DNA of 64,000 nucleotides from a virus (Duplodnaviria; Heunggongvirae; Uroviricota; Caudoviricetes): IMG/VR virus record IMGVR_UViG_2913167280_000003, positions 27,299 to 91,298 of that record; one strand, 5' to 3'. Shown piece by piece: positions 59,217 to 64,000 of this stretch (position 1 is its first letter; each line of letters starts with the position of its first letter). The notes under the pieces were generated by a model. It saw only the letters and a program-made list of their open reading frames with translations, ran no database searches and was not told where the DNA came from. The position numbers and the translations under genes were made by a program.

Positions 59217-60068
59217 CTATTGCGCGCTTTCGGGGTTGTCGTTAACTGACTGCCCCTTCTTTGTTTTACGGCTGCGCGTAACTGATGCGGCTGACTTAAC
59301 CTTTTTCTCTTCGCGAGTGATGGCAATTTGTTTTTTTACATTTTCAATATCTGCCAGGCGATATATTTTTGCCTGCGGCCAGCGATCGCAGATGATTGGT
59401 TCTATGGAGTCATAAAGGCTAAATTTTGCTTTCTCGAATTCACCGTTGATGATAATTCCATCACGGAGAGTTTCATCGCAGATAAACACGCCACACAGCG
59501 GTACATGGTAACTAACTGATTTACCATCATTGTAGTTAGGGCTACTGGAAATGTAGTGGACGCGCAGCATTGTTTCGCTAAAGCCGTGTACGCGCATACG
59601 GAATTTTTCATCCTCCGGGTACTGCTTCATTAGCTCTTTTGTTGCTTCCAGGTTCTCTATGTATTTCGCACTGTGCTCATTGAACCCCGCGCTTTTTTGG
59701 ATGCGAATGTCCTTATCAATCAGATGAATAATGCGGCCAGCGGTCATATTGACGCTGTTCACGGCTTCTGTCTGATAAGTCGTAACCTTGCGCACACCGC
59801 GAAGGATGTTAGGCACTGGATATAAAATGGTCTTTGGGATATTGAGGTCTGGGTACTGTTCCAGTTCCCGCGCCATTAAAGTCCATTTATCAATTTCAGC
59901 CTGAATGCTGTCCGTTTCTTTGAACGGCAGAACGACAACCGGGCGTACAGGACGACCGTCGCTGGCGGCATCAACGTGTTGGGCGCGTGCAACAGCTTTT
60001 TTTAGAAAGAGATCCCTGAAGCTGACGAACTCCTGGTACAGTTGTTCGCCGTAGACATAATTTATCAT
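59217..60068 (-). CDS. c1: C1 repressor of lytic functions (283 aa)
   Basis: 283-aa ORF preceded by coi and operators, followed by loxP-cre; sequence matches my memory of P1 C1. Confidence 0.85.
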   Translation of the reverse strand: MINYVYGEQLYQEFVSFRDLFLKKAVARAQHVDAASDGRPVRPVVVLPFKETDSIQAEIDKWTLMARELEQYPDLNIPKTILYPVPNILRGVRKVTTYQTEAVNSVNMTAGRIIHLIDKDIRIQKSAGFNEHSAKYIENLEATKELMKQYPEDEKFRMRVHGFSETMLRVHYISSSPNYNDGKSVSYHVPLCGVFICDETLRDGIIINGEFEKAKFSLYDSIEPIICDRWPQAKIYRLADIENVKKQIAITREEKKVKSAASVTRSRKTKKGQSVNDNPESAQ

Positions 60069-60162
60069 TGATCCTCCTCCAGAATTGACATGGTCAATAA
60101 CGCCCGGCTGAGAAAACCGGTCATTACTGACCTATATTATAGAGGGAACAGACAAAAATAAT

Positions 60163-60180
60163 AGATTTATTAGTGCATTT
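60163..60180 (-). promoter_or_regulatory. C1 operator-like site between coi and c1
   Basis: AGATTTATTAGTGCATTT on + strand, reverse complement of operator consensus with 3 mismatches. Confidence 0.6.
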
Positions 60181-60388
60181 ATTGTGAGTCTAACTGGTTA
60201 GTTGCCATGAGATATTCGATTGTGTCAGTGAGATCATCCAGGTCGTCTAGGGTGATGCGGTACTCCTGATTGGATATCTTTGAGTAGTGTTCAGCAATGG
60301 CGCGAGCAGCGTCGGTTTCGGCGGGGTCTACAGATAAAGCGTTAGAGCAATGTCTAACATCGTCGATGGTTGGTGGAATGAAAGCCAT
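60179..60388 (-). CDS. coi: Coi, C1 inactivator (69 aa)
   Basis: 69-aa acidic ORF directly upstream of c1 on the same strand. Confidence 0.75.
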   Translation of the reverse strand: MAFIPPTIDDVRHCSNALSVDPAETDAARAIAEHYSKISNQEYRITLDDLDDLTDTIEYLMATNQLDSQ

Positions 60389-60626
60389 AATTATGCCTCA
60401 CTGTATTGACAACACAGAGCCTGAAGCTCTGACCTACTGTTTCACCCATGTTCCATGCTGGGGTTATCTATCAACATTGCGCTGTGTGTAAGATGAGCAA
60501 TGCATAGCGGTAATGCCGTTGTATAAGGTTTCCCTGTTTGCTCATTTCCTTCTGAGCCGCTCTACAACGCTGAAGACACATTAAGTCGTGAGTCCAAAGT
60601 CGTATTACGAAACGGCGGCAAAGCTA

Positions 60627-60643
60627 TAATTTATTAGAGCAAT
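60627..60643 (-). promoter_or_regulatory. C1 operator (reverse orientation)
   Basis: TAATTTATTAGAGCAAT on + strand. Confidence 0.75.
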
Positions 60644-60709
60644 TGTCAAACGACTATGAAAAACAATCCAGCTTTTGGCTGGTGGAGTGGGATTTTCATC
60701 TCAAAATTT

Positions 60710-60726
60710 ATTGCTCTAATAATTCT
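60710..60726 (+). promoter_or_regulatory. C1 operator (ATTGCTCTAATAATTCT)
   Basis: Consensus core seen directly. Confidence 0.75.
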
Positions 60727-60769
60727 TGATTTTTGTGCGCGGCTGGACGTAAACTCCTCATCGAACCTA

Positions 60770-60803
60770 ATAACTTCGTATAGCATACATTATACGAAGT
60801 TAT
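60770..60803. other. loxP: loxP recombination site (ATAACTTCGTATA-GCATACAT-TATACGAAGTTAT)
   Basis: Exact 34-bp loxP: 13-bp inverted repeats around 8-bp spacer. Confidence 0.97.
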
Positions 60804-60874
60804 TATAAGGGTTATTGAACATGATCAATTTACCTGTAAATCCATACAGCTCAATACCTTATAAGGTTAAATAG

Positions 60875-60896
60875 TGATCACTTGATCATTTGATCA
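60875..60896. promoter_or_regulatory. triple TGATCA (GATC) cluster upstream of cre, candidate Dam-sensitive promoter element
   Basis: TGATCACTTGATCATTTGATCA seen directly. Confidence 0.5.
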
Positions 60897-60992
60897 AGGT
60901 TGCGCTACGTAAAATCTGTGAAAAGTTGGCGGTGTTAGTCCTCCAGATTTCGCGTAGCGCACTTAGCACCACCAATCAATCAGAGGTGAAAA

Positions 60993-61214
60993 ATGGGATA
61001 TTCAGCTGCTAAAGTGTCCACTCATCTTGAACTTGAGAAAAACCGTGGTTACTGGCGGGCCAAAGGGTTTGAGCGTGATAGTTACCAATTGTCATTATCT
61101 CGCGGTGAAGAGAAAATAGAACGTACTCGCGGCCGCTGGCGTTTCTATGACGAGAACCATAAACAGGTAAAGGCAGAGCCGATCCTGTACACTTTACTTA
61201 AAACCATTATCTGA
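60993..61214 (+). CDS. small ORF between loxP and cre (73 aa), coding status uncertain
   Basis: ORF in track; basic/aromatic composition; overlaps expected cre promoter region. Confidence 0.25.
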   Translation: MGYSAAKVSTHLELEKNRGYWRAKGFERDSYQLSLSRGEEKIERTRGRWRFYDENHKQVKAEPILYTLLKTII

Positions 61215-61221
61215 GTGTTAA

Positions 61222-62253
61222 ATGTCCAATTTACTGACCGTACACCAAAATTTACCAGCATTACCGGTCGATGCAACGAGTGATGAGGTTCGCAAGAACC
61301 TGATGGACATGTTCAGGGATCGCCAGGCGTTTTCAGAGCATACCTGGAAAATGCTTCTGTCCGTTTGCCGGTCGTGGGCGGCATGGTGCAAGTTGAATAA
61401 CCGGAAATGGTATCCCGCAGAACCTGAAGATGTTCGCGATTACCTTCTATATCTTCAGGCGCGTGGTCTGGCAGTGAAAACTATTCAGCAACATTTGGGC
61501 CAGCTAAACATGCTTCATCGTCGGTCCGGGCTGCCACGACCAAGTGACAGCAATGCTGTTTCACTGGTCATGCGGCGGATCCGAAAAGAAAACGTTGATG
61601 CCGGTGAACGTGCAAAACAGGCGCTGGCGTTCGAACGCACTGATTTCGACCAGGTTCGTTCACTCATGGAAAATAGCGATCGCTGCCAGGATATACGTAA
61701 TCTGGCATTTCTGGGGATTGCTTATAACACCCTGTTACGTATAGCCGAAATTGCCAGGATCAGGGTTAAAGATATCTCGCGTACTGACGGTGGGAGAATG
61801 TTAATCCATATTGGCAGAACGAAAACGCTGGTTAGCACCGCAGGTGTAGAGAAGGCACTTAGCCTGGGGGTAACTAAACTGGTCGAGCGATGGATTTCTG
61901 TCTCTGGTGTCGCTGATGATCCGAATAACTACCTGTTTTGCCGGGTCAGAAAAAATGGTGTTGCCGCGCCATCATCCACCAGCCAGCTATCAACTCGCGC
62001 CCTGGAAGGGATTTTTGAAGCAACTCACCGATTGATTTACGGGGCAAAAGATGACTCTGGTCAGAGATACCTGGCCTGGTCTGGACACAGTGCCCGTGTT
62101 GGAGCCGCACGAGATATGGCCCGCGCCGGAGTTTCAATACCTGAGATCATGCAGGCTGGTGGCTGGACAAACGTAAATATTGTCATGAACTATATCCGTA
62201 ACCTGGATAGTGAAACGGGGGCAATGGTGCGCCTGCTGGAAGATGGCGATTAG
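61222..62253 (+). CDS. cre: Cre site-specific tyrosine recombinase (343 aa)
   Basis: 343 aa beginning MSNLLTVHQNLPALPVDATSDEVRKNLMDMF, catalytic region R..H..R..W..Y; adjacent to loxP. Confidence 0.97.
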   Translation: MSNLLTVHQNLPALPVDATSDEVRKNLMDMFRDRQAFSEHTWKMLLSVCRSWAAWCKLNNRKWYPAEPEDVRDYLLYLQARGLAVKTIQQHLGQLNMLHRRSGLPRPSDSNAVSLVMRRIRKENVDAGERAKQALAFERTDFDQVRSLMENSDRCQDIRNLAFLGIAYNTLLRIAEIARIRVKDISRTDGGRMLIHIGRTKTLVSTAGVEKALSLGVTKLVERWISVSGVADDPNNYLFCRVRKNGVAAPSSTSQLSTRALEGIFEATHRLIYGAKDDSGQRYLAWSGHSARVGAARDMARAGVSIPEIMQAGGWTNVNIVMNYIRNLDSETGAMVRLLEDGD

Positions 62254-62270
62254 CCGTCAATTTTCTCTAG

Positions 62271-62287
62271 ATTGCTCTAATCATTCG
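62271..62287 (+). promoter_or_regulatory. C1 operator-like site after cre
   Basis: ATTGCTCTAATCATTCG. Confidence 0.65.
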
Positions 62288-62336
62288 GTATTTATGGTGA
62301 CACATACGGAAGGATTTCAAAATAGACGGGAAATAT

Positions 62337-62615
62337 GTGGTGCTGTCTGTAAGCTCTCAAATTCAGTCACCCTCTGTCATTGTCACCGTAAAGTTGAGCG
62401 ATAGGATGCCTGATATCGACTCGATATCTGTTGCGTTCCCGGTTAAAAGCATGCGGAGTGCTGAACATTTTGTGATGAATGCAACGGAGGAGGAAGCGCG
62501 GCGCGGGCTTACTAGAGTGATGGCGGAATTTGGCGAACTCCTGGGTAAGGTAAACAATGCCCTTTCAATAAGTTCAGCAAGATCCAAAGCGTTAACAGCT
62601 TCCATGATGAAATAA
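62337..62615 (+). CDS. small ORF at cra (cre-associated) position (92 aa; start uncertain)
   Basis: Position between cre and ref only. Confidence 0.4.
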   Translation: MVLSVSSQIQSPSVIVTVKLSDRMPDIDSISVAFPVKSMRSAEHFVMNATEEEARRGLTRVMAEFGELLGKVNNALSISSARSKALTASMMK

Positions 62616-62743
62616 AAAAGCCTGGCAAGATGCCAGGCTGCACAAAAGAGCGGGATTGTATTCCGCATCCAATCAATCAAAAAGGAGTATAGCACATAGG
62701 TATTGAAGTAAAAACGTTACAAGCATGAAGGAAAATATCTTTT

Positions 62744-62760
62744 ATTGCTCTAATTTGTTG
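62744..62760 (+). promoter_or_regulatory. C1 operator-like site followed by TATAAT (62763-62768), ref promoter
   Basis: ATTGCTCTAATTTGTTG then ATATAAT. Confidence 0.7.
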
Positions 62761-62827
62761 ATATAATTTAGCCGCAGTTTTGGTCAACTACTAATAAATT
62801 GCCATTACTTCACTCCTTGACATCATT

Positions 62828-62853
62828 GGCGGCCATTAGGCCGCCTTTTTTTT
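62828..62853 (+). terminator. perfect intrinsic terminator-like hairpin GGCGGCC-ATTA-GGCCGCC followed by T8, 5 nt before the ref ATG
   Basis: 7-bp GC stem, 4-nt loop, TTTTTTTT. Confidence 0.65.
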
Positions 62854-62858
62854 GCCAT

Positions 62859-63419
62859 ATGAAAACAATCGAACAAAAACTTGAACAGCGCCGCGAGTGG
62901 CAGAAGGCAGCCAGAGAACGAGCGATCGCTCGGCAACGGGAAAAGTTGGCTGACCCCGCCTGGCGCGAATCGCAATATCAGAAAATGCGGGATGCCATCG
63001 ACCGCCGTATCGCTAAACAGAAAGAACGCCCACCAGCCAGCAAAACGCGGAAAATCGCGGTAAAAATAAAATCTCGTGGCTTGAAGGGACGAACACCGAC
63101 GGCGGAGGAACGGCGCATAGCCAATGCTCTTGGCGCTCTCCCCTGCATTGCCTGCTATATGCATGGAGTAATATCTGAAGAGGTGTCTCTGCACCACATC
63201 TCCGGTCGTACCGCGCCGGGTTGTCACAAAAAGCAATTGCCACTTTGTAGATGGCACCACCAGCATGCAGCACCGGCTGAAGTAAGAGAAAAATACCCCT
63301 GGCTGGTCCCTGTTCATGCCGATGGCGTGATTGGCGGCAAGAAAGAATTCACCTTGCAGAACAAGTCAGAGATGGAGTTGCTGGCTGACGCCTATGAGAT
63401 GGCAAATTTATTATTCTAA
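62859..63419 (+). CDS. ref: Ref, recombination enhancement function (HNH-type nuclease, 186 aa)
   Basis: Starts MKTIEQKLEQRREWQKAARERAIARQ; C-terminal Cys/His motif (CIACYMHG...HHISG...CRWHH); position after cre. Confidence 0.8.
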   Translation: MKTIEQKLEQRREWQKAARERAIARQREKLADPAWRESQYQKMRDAIDRRIAKQKERPPASKTRKIAVKIKSRGLKGRTPTAEERRIANALGALPCIACYMHGVISEEVSLHHISGRTAPGCHKKQLPLCRWHHQHAAPAEVREKYPWLVPVHADGVIGGKKEFTLQNKSEMELLADAYEMANLLF

Positions 63420-63487
63420 TATATTTATTATTTCTGTTTTTATTAAAACTGAGTTTCTCTGTTATTATCGAGAGTAGTTCTTCGTAT

Positions 63488-63985
63488 ATGGAGCATAAGC
63501 CAAATATGACAACGCACAAAATCCCAAAAAAATTTTGGGACAAAAAGATGGTTGAATGGCCATGTCCTAATTGCGGGCAAAAAACCCTGAGAATATTAGA
63601 CGAATCTTTCATCTGTAAGGACACTGCTGAAACTATCAAAATGCAGGCTGAGGAATGGTTTGACTTAGAGTATACAAGCTCGGTATTCAGTTGCATGTCA
63701 CAGTGCGTAAGACCTCAATGTAAGGAGGTAGTGGCATGCACAGGCAGAAGTGGTCTAGAAGAAGATTGGGCCGAGCATACAGGACTTTATTACCATCGCT
63801 GGTATGAACCATTAAGTTTTACTCCTGGGTTAAAGCTCTTTCTTATCCCGAACATGTGCCCTGAAGACATAGCCTTGCCTATAAACACCTCGTTTGCACT
63901 AAGCACAATCCATCCAGGTGCCGCTGCAAATCTAATAAGAACATCTGTAGAACGATTACTTACAGCTATCGGGGTAACGGTGTAG
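63488..63985 (+). CDS. Cys-rich protein at mat position (165 aa)
   Basis: CPNCGQ zinc-finger-like motif; synteny after ref. Confidence 0.45.
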   Translation: MEHKPNMTTHKIPKKFWDKKMVEWPCPNCGQKTLRILDESFICKDTAETIKMQAEEWFDLEYTSSVFSCMSQCVRPQCKEVVACTGRSGLEEDWAEHTGLYYHRWYEPLSFTPGLKLFLIPNMCPEDIALPINTSFALSTIHPGAAANLIRTSVERLLTAIGVTV

Positions 63986-64000
63986 TGGTCAACAAAAACT

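Noticed and set aside
60993-61214. Treating the 73-aa ORF upstream of cre as a confident gene
   Set aside because: It lies in the expected cre promoter region including the GATC cluster and has no recognisable motif or obvious RBS; kept only as a low-confidence feature.

Overview
This window is a large part of a P1-like (Punavirus-type) phage-plasmid genome from an enterobacterial host, read by eye from motifs and synteny; no database search or folding was run. Backbone in + order: tail/baseplate genes and sit (1-6953, minus strand); immI with Op51, a c4 antisense RNA candidate, icd and ant (10300-11885); kilA-repL (12049-13724); virion genes including sheath- and capsid-sized ORFs (14202-20306); parS-parB-parA (20340-22723); incA iterons, repA, incC iterons and oriR (22833-24254); a spanin-like pair and a PAAR-like protein; rdgC-like plus dmt (26856-30022); baseplate/late genes (32967-37694); pacA with pac hexamer clusters and pacB (56515-59192); c1-coi with operators (59217-60726); loxP-cre-ref (60770-63419). 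At least 16 C1-operator-like 17-mers (ATTGCTCTAATAAATTT family) are scattered through the window. Four accessory regions are not explained by the backbone: (i) a ~10.5 kb island (43418-53951) with a PapI/PapB-like regulator pair, a 2641-aa autotransporter, a Skp/OmpH-like chaperone and a LuxR-type regulator; (ii) a repeat-flanked hotspot at the sim-equivalent position (6917-10137) with a terminator-insulated 4-TM protein gene, a gene remnant and a two-gene operon; (iii) a tRNA-Thr(UGU)-like gene apparently split by an HNH endonuclease ORF (30699-31202), next to an operator-to-terminator noncoding unit and a structured ORF-free segment; (iv) two paralogous GSGPS-motif proteins, a PP-lambda-type phosphatase and a DxD glycosyltransferase-like protein (38864-41389).
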